DNA of 63,613 nt, counting the filler, from Porpidia crustulata (taxonomy: Eukaryota), in the NCBI GenBank assembly GCA_964255105.1. It is 11 parts of 11 records of this genome, joined end to end, with 100 filler letters (N's around TTAATTAATTAA, not from the genome) between each part and the next. Parts side by side here need not be neighbours in the genome. Positions count along the whole stretch, not along the records: positions 11,620 to 17,327 come from CAXUWE010001726.1; positions 17,428 to 23,135 come from CAXUWE010001727.1; positions 23,236 to 28,939 come from CAXUWE010001728.1; 8 more parts are not named here. One strand, written 5' to 3'. A model generated the notes under the pieces. It was not told the origin of the DNA and did not search any database. It saw nothing but the letters and a program-made list of their open reading frames with translations. Below, one piece after another: positions 11,672 through 24,308 of the stretch (position 1 is its first letter; every line of letters begins with the position of its first letter). Made by a program: the position numbers and the translations under genes.

Positions 11672-14600
11672 GTCCTAAGCCGATAAAAAAGAGAGGTATT
11701 CTCCACGCGCTCAGACACTTCTGCGAGATGGATATGTGCGTTGTCAGACATATTCAAAAAAAATCCTAGAGGAAATATCAACCACAAACGCGCTTGGCGC
11801 GTCCCGTATCCGGCGCTTGTTTCGTCCTTTTTCTCTTCTCAAGTTTAGATTTTCACAGTCTTCTGGTTTTATGTTGAGTGCTGCCACATAGTACTGTTTC
11901 TTCGTCTTCGTACTACTGCATTGACAACAGATACTCAGGTGCATCTTCAATAATTCTATTATGCGGCAGATCCTCATAATCCCCAGTTACCTTAATATGT
12001 CCTTCCTCGCTTTCTTGCACAAGACGCCTGTTGTTTAATGGCACCTTTGACTTGTGGAGTCATCTACCCTATTTATCCTGATTGTCTAAGTCAAGGTTAA
12101 GTCTCTTTCTGTGGATGTATTTTCCGTCTCATTGAGATACGATTACCAATCTTAGGAATTTCCTTTGTCAACATTGCTTGCGATATACCTTTGGTGGTAA
12201 ATGCGCGTTGTTTTCATGCTAGAGCATTGAGGACTCATTTTGCGTTTCTGCAAGGCCATCTTCGTCTCCTTATGTGTCATGTTGGAGCTGGAAGCCTCAA
12301 AGTGCGGATACGCCTGACGCTGAAGCTAGAGGCCGCTGAGTAGATCCAAGGAAAGGTGAATTGATGTACTTCTTTCATCGCAGGCGATCGTGGAAATTGC
12401 TTTGGGAGGTGAAAATTCTGCGTAGCAGGGAAACCCTAACAATTTTGCTGACAAAATCTTAGAAAGTCGATCCGTAATCTGGGATAATGGGTATCTTGCA
12501 CTGCATTTCTTCATTTCTGCTACGGTAAAGGACTAATATGAGATTCCTAGTAACAAAGAAAGTCTTGAAGTGACTGTCCCGAAAATTATAAAAAAGAGGA
12601 GTAGAAAGCGCAAAATTGGTACTCTAGCTACAATTGGAGGACTCAATACCACATCCCGATCGTGCTCCTCATTGAAAACTACCTTGGCTTAGGTGGAAAA
12701 TAGCTCATTAAAAGCGGGCTCGACTAAGTTTACCAGGCCAGTACGATTCCAAAGAAAGACCGCCACCACTATGTGAGCAGTTTTCCTAGGGTCATCTCCA
12801 GTTGACCTGGCCTTCTACTTCCTTGGCAGGACTGAAACCCAAGACTGGACTCCAAGACTGGACTCTAAGATTGTGGGTTGGACTGATAGGTTTCTGGTTC
12901 TTGGTTTTCATCTACCTAATCTCTCGTGAGATACGCACAATTGGAAAAAAAACCAAATGGACCTTACCTAATTTCGCCTTTTTAACACCAAAACCATTTC
13001 CAATTTTTCTACGACGGCGTGACCTGTCACAAGAATCCTTTGCTAGATCAGTAAAGCTCCGGTAGGCTTCAATATCATTAACCAAAGAGGCCACGCAATT
13101 CGCGGGACCTTAATCTTACGAATTTTGAACATTGGATGTTAGCCTGCGTTTCGTCATTATCAATTGATGGGACTATATGATGTTCTCGTAATACACTGCT
13201 TAAATCATTCGGCAGGACCGTTGACTAAGCTTCGCTGCGAAGAGAACACAATCGAGCGTTTAATGGTAGAATGTTAGGATAACTCTCGTCACCGCCCTCG
13301 CGTTGGTAGCTATTACCTTGATTATGCAACATCTATATAGGTTCTCAGAATGCTGATCAGTAGGTACAATACTCTTTCTAGGTCCGAGTTTCCAAAGCTA
13401 CGGCGGATTTCTCGTGCTCCAAAGTGCGAGAGATAGACTTTTTTCTGTTGTGGAAAAGCGTGCTGGAGCAAAAATGATCAGTAAGAGTTCAATACCAGGT
13501 TTAGCACGCAGTCATTACGCACTACTTGAGAGAAGTTGCAAGTGCATTATCCAGTACACAATCGATAACGCCATACTTCGTGGATACTAGAGAGTACGAG
13601 CCCAAGAACATTTGACCCAGAGCACATACATGCATGACAGCCCCAACCGACAATAAATTGCAAAATGGTTAACTAAGCTAGCGAATTATGTATAGAATTG
13701 AACCCATGCCGTCATCAAACCGATTTACGACACCGAGCAGAGTTTTTGGTTTCGAACAACTAGGTGTATAAACAAAAGCTCCAGGCTTCTAGCTGGGATC
13801 TTGAACCATTCTATCCAGAAGCGCGTGGTGTCTTCCGAGGCGTTGCTGATAGCTTGGGCCTTTTGTTTTGCCGACCAGCAGCTTTGGCATCTTGAGCACC
13901 GTTCTTATCACCAATTTTGTCATCGTCCCGCGCACAGACTCTTGTGAAGCTAAAAGGCTGCTTCGTAACATCTTCGGCCTCAAACCGCTCCAGTGGGGTC
14001 ATTTGCCGGTGATTAAGTCTGTGTCCGACCGGTGTCATATTTCCGTGGATGAGGTCTCCAGGCTGTTCTCTGGGACGGTGCGGTAAGATACGTCGGCCGT
14101 GGTTGAAGGCACCGCCTTGGTCAAGACTCGTTCCCACTGTGGTCCTGCTATAGGGGGGTTGCCAAGAAGCGACCCCTCTCAGGCAAGCCTCGGCTTGGTG
14201 TTGACTGCTCTGTGTCTTCGAGCCCGGACCAGTCAGTGTATGTGTAGTAAGGGTAGGTTCCCTCATGCTCGTGGCTGTATTCGACGACGACGACGACCCG
14301 CTAGCGACATAAGTCGCTGAATCGGAAGCTGTTCGTCTACCAATCAAAAGGTCAATGGTGTGGCTGTTCCCTGAATCGGAAGTGTTGCCTTTCAATCCAA
14401 TGTTGGAGGGGGTAGGCTCTTACCTGGTGCTGTATTCTGGCCTCAGCCTGCCCTCGCTGGTGGGCATTGCGGAAGGTGCAATTTGATGACCCTATTGATC
14501 AAAGGCTTGATCGAATACCATGAAGGATATGAAGGTGATAAAGCAGCGAAGCTTCACGGGAAGGTTCTGCTTATTTGTACTCATGGTGGCCAAGAAGCGT

Positions 14601-16555
14601 GGATCGCTCTGCGGAGAGTGTCTACTCGCGCTGCCGAGGATAAACATAAGATAGGACAGCCTACGATACAAAAATCCCCTTGAAAGAAAGACGCAAACAA
14701 AACTAACCAGTATCTTAGCCTTTCTATGATTAACCCCTTTCCATGTGATTGCGACTTGGTGCGACCAGGTGGTTGCAGACGTGGGGGCGAGATTGGGGCA
14801 CCAGATGACCATTGCCAGTTATCTTCGAGCAGACACTCCTGCGGCGCTTACGAGGACATGTGGATGAGGCTCAAATTTTTCCACCCGGCTTCCGCATCGT
14901 TGTCATAACCCGTTCATGGCGTAGTTGAAACGGGTCCTTTGAATACCTAGACCATGTGCAGAGCCGTTTGAACTCTAAATGCCTCCACTGTCGGTATCCG
15001 GGCACACAATTATGATGGTCGTTATGCTTTGAAGGAGCAGTTCCGCAATCAGGCAATTGGATTGTGAACATCTGCAGTCATACATGTCGGAAAATCACAA
15101 CCACCCGCCAAGACCGGGCATACCTAGAAATCGATTTGACGATGCTGATCGTCCAGACCAGCCAGAGAGTCGCGAAAAGGGAGGACACATAGCCGACGCA
15201 GGGCCAGATCATGCACGCCGGCAGACTTTTCTCCGGAAAGTTTGATGTTTACTGGTGGGTGGCGATTATGCACAAGAAAGCAGCTTGCATGAGGCATACC
15301 TGATAACCTCGGATTGAAGCCAATCGCATGGTAGCTTTAGCTGCAGACTGGAATTATTAGTAAGCCAAATTGTATTAAACAGTCCATCGACATCAGCTTC
15401 ATCCCTATCGTCATTGGTCGAAGTGGATAAGGCAAGATCGCATGATTGCCTTCCCCTCTTAACGTTGATCAAAATCCTGATTCACGCTGTGAACAAGGGT
15501 GGTAACATACGATGCTCCTTGGGGAAACCATCAATCTCCGTCGATACCTTGGCCCCGATCAACACGTCAAAAAAATTCGAACTTACGATAGCCGCATGAT
15601 CGTGTCGCTATCTGGCCAAGCAGATCCTTGGGTGCACTTCCTTGTCTAACAGCAGGTACAGGAACAGGCGGAAGGCTCTTCGATGACAGCGCTATGCATG
15701 CAACTGCCGAAAAGCATAAGCATGGAAGATCACGAGATCATTCGAATCAGCCAAGTCGAGACGGAAACAGGAACCGTTTGGCGCCCTCGATCTATGAGTC
15801 TTGCCTTCAGGAACATACAAGAAACGCCAGGATGCCATTCAATAATCTTTGGTATCCTACGAAACGGGAGGAATGTTACAATGACATGTTACGCTATGGA
15901 TCTGCTGAGTTGCATCGACTATGCGCAATCGTGCCCTTCCCCAAACTTGAACCTCGATATGCCACCAAAGGTGTAGCTCCGCGTGTTCTTCGTCGCGAAG
16001 CCGGCTGACTGCTTTGCGGCTGCGTTAATCCCGCTGCAGTGCTTATCACTCCTTCCAATATCTATTCCCAACCTCAGGCCTACCGTGTCTATCACAGGCA
16101 CTGAAACCTGTACTCTTATTTTTCTGGATCTGCAATTCTGCCCGACGAGGCAGTTTGGCCTCGAGTGGGCGTGGACCAGGAATAAACTAGATTTCTCTCA
16201 CCAATTCTTATTATTCAGTATTGCTAAGAAATAAGCCACGCCTTTTCTAATTCAAATTTCAGAAGGGTTATTGAATAGCCCCTGAGTTTTCAAAAAATAG
16301 CCATTAGACCATCGTCTCACAAACACTGCTCCTTCGGCCCTCGGTTGATCAGAACCAGGCTTTTCAAGTTTATTTTGTGACACAATGGTCAGCCTTGGTG
16401 CCTGAAATCACCCAGTGCCCGGCAATTACGAATCATACCCAAGCTATGTCTTTCCTCATTAAAGTAGCAAAATCACTCTCAGGGAGGAATCCCTACGTGT
16501 ACCAGAAACATATGTCTTGCTTCCACCGCCTTCTCGATCGCTTGCAGGACCACGA

Positions 16556-16843
16556 ATGAAAGTATCAGAACCACCTCTCCACAAGAGACGCCTCATGGCT
16601 TGAGTATACGACGGCAGAGAGGAAACAAGCGCTTCTGATTGACGTCGCGCGCTGTAGTGAGTCCCATAAAGCATCTTCCATGATGATCATTCAGCCCAGA
16701 TGAAAGTATCAGAACCAATTCTCCATAAGAGACGCCTCACGGCTTGAGCTTATAACGGCCGAGAGCAAACAAGCGCTTCTCATCCACGTCGTGCGCTTTA
16801 GAAAGTTTGGCAAAGCATCTCCCGCGATGATTATCTAGGGCAC
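16556..16843. repeat. Diverged tandem duplication, 144-bp unit x2
   Basis: ATGAAAGTATCAGAACCA starts at 16556 and at 16700. Shared blocks: AAGAGACGCCTCA, GGCTTGAG, AAACAAGCGCTTCT, AAAGCATCT. Confidence 0.9.
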
Positions 16844-17327
16844 GAAGATTGACACATCAGTATCAGCAATATCCATTCAGCTCCCCGATCGAACGAGAGC
16901 TCTAACAACAGCAGCCTGAATCTCCATCCGCCCTCCCCCATCGCATCTTCCATACCACCACAAGCCATCACACCAAGCCGACACCCTCAAATCCTCAATA
17001 TCCCTTCCATCAAAACGCATTCCAAGTAGCCTTCTCAGAATCACCTCAGCCTCGAACTCAAAAGCCCAACTCAGCCAATAGTCGAAATACAACTCTACAG
17101 CAACCCAATCAATCAGTCAATCACCCAGCCAGCGAACCAACCCCAACCCATATCCCAAGCGGCAGACTTTTCCAAACCCGATCTACAAGCCTCCCCTGAG
17201 CGGCTTCCTCATTGAATGCAACGTCCGAATGAGTCCTTCATACAGCATTGAGCAAAACAAACAAACATGGTAGATCACCAGGGCGGTATGAATGATTGTA
17301 AATATCCCATTGTCCCACATTCCCCTC

Positions 17328-17427
17328 NNNNNNNNNNNNNNNNNNNNNNNNNNNNNNNNNNNNNNNNNNNNTTAATTAATTAANNNNNNNNNNNNNNNNN
17401 NNNNNNNNNNNNNNNNNNNNNNNNNNN
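17328..17427. other. Artificial contig linker
   Basis: N44-TTAATTAATTAA-N44. Confidence 0.99.
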
Positions 17428-17690
17428 ATCATCACTTCCCCCCTCCGTATCCCCCCCACAAGTCCACCTTCACACCATTCTACCTTCACACCATTCCACC
17501 GCCACAACAATCTTCATCGCTAAAGCATCTTTGACATCACAGTATCGTCTGTGTGAAAGACTATTCTATCTATAGGTTTGTGCTCACAAGAGCTATCTGC
17601 TTTCATCGAAGGTGATGAATGAAAGCTGAGAAGATTTGAGCGTGTCTCGTTTTTTGAGAGAGAAGACCTCGATGATGAAGAAATGAAGAA

Positions 17691-17853
17691 NNNNNNNNNN
17701 NNNNNNNNNNNNNNNNNNNNNNNNNNNNNNNNNNNNNNNNNNNNNNNNNNNNNNNNNNNNNNNNNNNNNNNNNNNNNNNNNNNNNNNNNNGAGATGAAGA
17801 GATGAAGAGATGAAGAGATGAAGAGATGAAGAGATGAAGAGATGAAGAGATGA
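17691..17853. repeat. (GAGATGAA)n microsatellite adjoining a genuine 100-N scaffold gap
   Basis: Plain N100 at 17691-17790 (no TTAA core), followed by nearly 8 copies of GAGATGAA at 17791-17853. Confidence 0.95.
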
Positions 17854-18656
17854 GTGATGAATGATGAACGAGAATTCATTTTAATTTTCTTTGGCGTGGT
17901 TTCTATTAAGCTCAAACCTCTTTATTCACCTTTCCGTTTCAATCTTCCGTGAATGCGATTTCAACCACCCTTCAGCTCTCTCGCCTTCAAAAATGAATGG
18001 TTTTATTGTGTTTGACTCCTTTCCCAATTTCTGATATTCAATATTCCTTCCTATATCAGAATATCCTACACTCTTGTCCCGTGAAAGTCATGGCTCCAGT
18101 CGTACATTGCGTCTCCACGAGGTTCCCTTGCTTTTACTTTCAACGGTGAAGAGTCCCTCCGACACTACCTTGATATTTTGTACAATACTCTACTCACTAT
18201 ATTTATGCATGCTACCTTGATGCCATCTGTATCACACATCCAGAATTCCCGGATCTCTGACTCCTACGCTTGACAATGAACGCCCAAAGATGAAACACCA
18301 TTCACAGCGCAGGAGGCTCTTATTCTTAGAACTATCGTTCTCTTGCCTTCTCAATCTTGGTCCTGTCCACGACTAAAGTGTAGATTCCAGTCATCTCGCT
18401 ACGCTGTTGCGATCGCTAGCTCACTCGACTGCCAAACCGTCAGCAAACAACAAGGGCAAACGAAACCAAGCAATCACGACCTACATCAGAGTCTGACACC
18501 CGGCGTCTTCCTGTAACGATACGACACACTACACGCCACGATCCGCCAAATAGACGACCGTGACGCATCTATTCAACAACTCACCATCTCATCAGTTCAG
18601 AACCTTACACCCCTATCGCCCTCTCAATCACCTCTCCTCACTACAAGCCATCCAGA

Positions 18657-19069
18657 ATGCCACCCTCAGCCTTACCCAGCGCCCATCCCACCACAAGCGC
18701 CTCACTCAACCCCAGATACCTCACCTGCACATCTAGCCCCCTATCTCACGGAGCCATCGCCGGGGTCGTCGTCGCCTCGGTTATCATGACCTTTTTGTCG
18801 ATTATCGGAATCTACACGATCCTGAGCTGGCTCGTTATAAGAGCTTGGTCGAAGAAGAGTTGAGCGAGCGGTGGGTGGCGGCGGAGTGGTATTCGAACCT
18901 GGGAGAAAGAAGGTTTGGGGAACGTTGGAAAATGGGAGCGAAGGAGATGTTGCGGTTTCGAGTGCCACGGTATTGGGATTGGGCAGAAGGATTTGTTGGC
19001 TATGTGCCGAGATTTATGACTGGATTTTCTTCGTCAGAGGGGCGTTCTGGGTGTGATGACGGAAGATAG
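18657..19069 (+). CDS. Small single-pass membrane protein, possibly frameshifted near 18845
   Basis: ATG in a good context, S/T/P-rich N-terminus, TM helix LSHGAIAGVVVASVIMTFLSIIGIYTILSWLVI. The frame stops at 18863, but an overlapping frame (18845-19069) continues with protein-like sequence. Confidence 0.4.
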
Positions 19070-19513
19070 AAAGGGGGAAGAATGACGGAAGTGGACGAAG
19101 ATGCTTTCGTCATACCTTGGCTTAACTTACAAATTGTGGATCGGTATCTCAAGTTTCCTATAAGGACGAGTTTAAGAATTTTAAATCTGCCCCTTTATTA
19201 AGGGTTTCTCACCAGCAACCACGCATTCGCGTGCTATCGGCTTTTCGGCGTCCATTATTGCTCTCGTAATTATCCGTCCAGTTGTGCTTGAGATGTGCTC
19301 CTTGATGGCGAGCATCCCTAGCGAAGCACCATATAAGATCGTGTCAGAAACGGTGTCTGTGATCCCTAGGTTATCCGTTGGTACATTGTTCGACGGAGAA
19401 ACCGACTATCCGGGATTATATTATACAGGCCAGCGAAGGCGTTCCATTTGTGTCTGCCCAAGAGCAGTTTTGGTCCGATGCCTTATCTTAACTCAATTTT
19501 GCCAGATGCTTCT

Positions 19514-21280
19514 TCACACCCGCCAAATGGCATCGGCCATCTTCGCCACCTGTCCCATCTCCACCGCATCATGCACTCTCACAATATCAGCTCCACCCTT
19601 TACAGCCGCAGAAACTGCAGCCGCAGTTCCCCAGCCCCTCTCACTCGCCTCTTTGACGCCCGTAATCCGTCCTATAAAGGCCTTTCGGCTAGCACCAACC
19701 ACCCATGGCAGCCCGCGCAGTCCTTCCCAATCCCTCAGCTCGTCAAAGCGCCTCAGGAGCTCCAAATTCTGGGCCTCGGTCTTTGCAAATCCAATACCCG
19801 GATCTAGGATGACTCGCCAGCGCCGGATACCGGCCTCTTCGGCGGCAGCGACGCGCTCGAGGAGTTCGGTGGCAACACCTTTAATCACGCCGTCAGGGTA
19901 GGAGGTCAGTTGGGTCATAGTATCTGGGGTACCACGCATGTGCATGAGAACAACGGTGCAGCCGAGCCTGGCCATTGTGGTGAGCATGTCCGGGTCCATC
20001 TGCCCTGCGGAGACGTCATTGATGATGTTGGCACCTGCGGATATAGCTTCTGCTGCAACGGAAGCACGGTAGGTATCTACTGATATTGCTACTTGATTGG
20101 CGATGGGCTGCGAACGGATTGCCTTGATGGTGGGGAGGATGCGAGAAAGCTCTTCTTCTGCAGGTATTTGTGGTGCATGAGGTCGGGTGGATTGGCCCCC
20201 AATGTCGAGGATAGATACACCAGCGGAAATCGCCTTTTCGAGAAACGGTCGACTGGAAGGAGAATTGGTGGTATGTAGGCCACCGTCAGAGAAGGAGTCG
20301 GGGGTTAGGTTTATGATACTCATGACGTGCGTGTATCGAGTTGGCAACAAACATTTCAGAGGAGAAGTGTTTGGCGAGAGGGATGTTAAAGGCGAAAGTG
20401 GAGATATAGGTTTGGATATTTCTGCAAGTTTGGCTAAGAAGCTAGATGATACAATAGGAGGTGGAAGTGTTGCGTGAGGAATTAGGCTGAACGGGTCAGA
20501 TGTGTACTTTGGCTGGGACTGACCGTTGACTTACTCGCATAAAGGTCTCAGAACGAATTCGCGCTCAAGGATTCGCTTGTGGGGGACAGAGAGCCGTTCA
20601 GTATCAACGATTTCATCGTCGTATAATAAAATGTCTAGGTCAATGGTGCGAGGGCCATTTGGTACCGTCACTTGCCTGCCGAGTATTGTTTCAATGTCTT
20701 TGAGACTGTCCAATAGCTCGAAAGGTCCCAGTCTTGTCACAATCTAAAATGTATCTTAGCTCTGCACGACTCGTAAGGGACGCTTCTCACTACTGACCTC
20801 ACACGCCCCGTTGATGAACGGCGGTTGATCCTGTACATACATAGCTTCAGTCTCGTAGAGTCCGCTTGTTCGAACAACGCGAATACCGCGTCGTTTCATT
20901 TCAAGGCAAGCAGCTTCAACCATACCCAACCGGTCCCCAATGTTACTTCCAAGCGCAATGTAAGCTCGGTGTACTCCTTCAGCTGCCTGGTCGTCCATTG
21001 GCACACATTTAGACTTTTCATACTTCCGTCGCTGCTGTCTGATGGAGTATTGGTCATGTTCCACATGTTGCAGGCCTTTTGTACTGGTGTTCAATCTTCG
21101 AGAGCTCATGGTTGATAATTTCAAAAATCCCCTAGCTGTAATTTCTTTGACTTGATTACAAGCAGACCATTTGTCGGATCTTTGGAAAGCTAGGTGAGCG
21201 ATTTCTAGCCCCATGGCTTGCGTATCAACGTAGGATCTGTGCCTGACTACCCCAGCAAGTCCACGAAGGAGATGAAACAT
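19514..21280 (-). CDS. FOL1: Folic acid synthesis protein, bifunctional HPPK-DHPS
   Basis: HPPK motifs AYIALGSNIGDR, FINGACE, GPRTIDLDILLY, PHKRILEREFVLRPL. DHPS motifs INLTPDSFSDGG, DIGGQSTRP, INDVSAG, LDPGIGFAK, SRKAF, VRVHD. Two introns. The start at ATG 21280 (MFHLLRGLAG, presequence-like) is tentative. Confidence 0.95.
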
Positions 21281-22411
21281 CGGATAGACCGTACTAGAGT
21301 CTGACGCCTGACGCTGGAACGTCTCTGAATCTTTCCCGTGGTGTACTAACGGGTTCCAACGTCCCTTCTCTAACGTTAAGGTACGAGGGATTTCTTTTGT
21401 CACAATTGTGAAATTAATTAGCCGCGCCTCCCCACATATATCGACAATCAAGTGCCCTCTTCATATGCAGCTATACTCGCATTAACGTTGATCAAGATAC
21501 AGATTAGCTTGTCCTCCTTCCAAGGATTTCTTTTTGGAAAGCTTCAAGTGCTGAGAAAAATCCTTCGCAGCTCCGTAAGCTTTCAGAGTCTCGAATATGA
21601 CTTTGACGGCTATTGTGCTATCGGACCAAGGGAGTAATTTTCGGCGATTCGTTTTCCTGAACGTGCAGGCTGATGAGGTTTACCAATTTCAACTTTAGCA
21701 ATCGTAAAGACCTCAACATAGTTTGGTGGCGACTTATTTCTCCTTTAGAGCGTCATGCTGATACGACTGAGAGTCTTTTTTTGACCTTATGATATTATGC
21801 CTGGAAAGTCGGTCGAGTTTGGTAGACAGAGGGATTTTTCTTGTCGTGAGCTTCTACCCACTGGCTAGTAAGATGTAACTCCTAGTATTTGCTGCAATTT
21901 CTTATGGCACAGAATTTTGCTCCTGACGATATAGGGTTTGGGTATGAAAATATGGCGCTAGAATCCGATGATCATAGGTATGACCGACTGCTACGTCCAG
22001 AGTCGGTCAGTAAGTGCACGCCAAGAAAGTACGATATTTTAGCCATGTCATGAAAGCTGCAAAGGTTGCATGGCCTGGCGTATACTTTGAAATGCAACGC
22101 AATGGATTCTCAGCATGCACTGCCAATGTCCAATCATATCGAACTTTTAACGCGTGAGGTTTTTTTTGATATATTACCGTTCTCGGACATGTGTATTTCG
22201 ACATGGTGTCTAGCCACTTTCAGCCCTCGGTCCCAGGATTACTATGTCCGAAGAAGATGCCTCGGCTCCCCATCATAGCATATGTACATCGTCGCCCTCT
22301 GCCATGATACATCCTCGTTCATCCATTTCACAAAGAATTATCTCTACTACATTCCTCTACATCTGAACAGATTCCATTCTTTTCTCCTCCCCTAACTCTG
22401 ATCATTTCGTC

Positions 22412-23135
22412 ATGGCGTCCCCTCGTACGTACTGTCAACTTCTTCCTCGATGTCTATGTCACATGTCTAACTAAATCCTAGAACAACTCCGCACCACGGT
22501 CACTAACCTCCTGAAGATTAATCACCCTGTCATGCTCGCCGGCATGAACGTAGCGGCCGGGCCTAAGCTCGCTGCTGCCGTTACAAACGCCGGCGGACTG
22601 GGGGTTATCGGTGGCGTCGGCTACACACCGGACATGCTTCGAGAACAAATTGCCGAGCTCAAGGGTTTCTTAACGGACAAGAACGCTCCCTTTGGTGTAG
22701 ATCTCCTAATTCCTCAAGTCGGTGGCAGTGCTCGGAAAACCAAGTAAGCCGAGACTATCAGTGCAATGAGACTTGTGTCCAAGTTGTCAGGCGCTAACAT
22801 TCCATTTCCACAGCTACGATTACACCAAGGGCAAATTGGACGATCTCGTCACCATAATAATAGATAGCGGAGCCAAGCTCTTTGTCTCCGCCGTCGGCGT
22901 GCCGCCCAAGCACGTCGTCGAGCGCCTCCACAAACACGGCGTCCTCTACATGAACATGATCGGCCACCCCAAGCACGTCCAGAAATGCCTAGACGTGGGC
23001 GTCGACTTGATCTGCGCCCAGGGCGGAGAGGGCGGAGGACACACCGGAGACGTCCCGACAACAATCCTGATCCCCGCTGTAGCGCAAATGGTCAAGGGCA
23101 AGAAAAGCCCCATGACCGGCGACGAAGTCCAAGTC
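22412..23135 (+). CDS. Nitronate monooxygenase / 2-nitropropane dioxygenase family FMN oxidoreductase; 3' truncated
   Basis: MASP / QLRTTVTNLLKINHPVMLAGMNVAAGPKLAAAVTNAGGLGVIGG ... PFGVDLLIP ... AQGGEGGGHTG. Two canonical introns. Confidence 0.93.
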
Positions 23136-23235
23136 NNNNNNNNNNNNNNNNNNNNNNNNNNNNNNNNNNNNNNNNNNNNTTAATTAATTAANNNNNNNNN
23201 NNNNNNNNNNNNNNNNNNNNNNNNNNNNNNNNNNN
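23136..23235. other. Artificial contig linker
   Basis: N44-TTAATTAATTAA-N44. Confidence 0.99.
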
Positions 23236-24308
23236 GGGGATGGGGAGAGACTTACACGGTCCATATGAACAGAAGGTAGGTGTTCCCTACGAGATGGTTA
23301 GGCTTTGGGTCGGTGCGGATCAAGGAGAAACTTACATGTGTAATCCGATCTCGCACTTTGCGCTGTCAATGTGGTAACCTTGACGATCCCAAAGACGCCG
23401 TCGCTGTAGGGCGAGGTTTTGAGTTCAACTGCAAGCGCGTTCCAGGACGGACAGCGGACTTACAGTATTCCTGTACCCAGAAGCGCGGCCAGTTGGATCC
23501 GTCGAGCTATACTGAGCTTTAGATTCCAGATGATTGTGGTTGAGATGAAAACCAGGATGAAATCCAAGGACGCGCCATAGGCTGTGGCCATGAGTTCATC
23601 ATTAGTCGCAGAGTACGATAGATCTGGTTGAGTAGACACATACCACTAATCCCCATGACAAAATTCGTAAACGTATCCGGAGGCCAACATCTGGCCGTAG
23701 GGAGGAGATCCGGAGACCACAACGCCCGCGGCGGATTGCACTGCACGAACGTGAAGATGCACACCAGAAGGTTGCCGATGTTGACACTCAACGCTATAAA
23801 ATACAGCACCCGCGTGCGCCATTTGTTCGGCGCCTGGAAGCGGAGAATCGTAAAGGCCACGGAAGCTTTTGCAATGGAGATCGCCATGATGCCGCTCGGC
23901 TGGGAACTCCAGTTGAGCCGGATCACATTCGTGCGTTGCTGCGCGTTCAGGTAGTAGACGTGACGGGCGCCGCCTTCGCGCACGTAGAAGATCCAGATGA
24001 TGGGGAGCGGCGCGGCGAGGACCTTGGGGATCAGGAGTCAGTTTTTACGATCTCGCTGTTGCCATGTCCCGCGTTTGCAGGTAGGATTTTTTAGTGGTGA
24101 CCCCCCCAGCGGGCGGGGGGGGAAGGAAACTTACAATGGCAACGACGGCGAGCCAGTCATCCCACCAGATCTTCTGGACCAGCCTGACGCGAGTGTAGAC
24201 ACGCAGGGCGACGAACGTGATGGAGATCAGAGTCAAAGTCCAGGTCACGCCCAGTATGACGGACCCGCGGTCTCGATCGCCGCCGGGAGGAGGAACCGAG
24301 TCTTCCAT
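23236..24308 (-). CDS. PTH11-like fungal rhodopsin-domain integral membrane protein; 3' truncated
   Basis: DRDRGSVIL...FVALRVYTRVRLVQKIWWDDW; AKASVAFTILR; FVQCNPPRALW...CW; DFILVFIS..IIWNLKL. Confidence 0.9.

Noticed and set aside
19514..21451. FOL1 lacking the N-terminal DHNA domains of yeast Fol1
   Set aside because: As far as I recall, bifunctional HPPK-DHPS is the usual architecture in filamentous ascomycetes, so it is not unusual.
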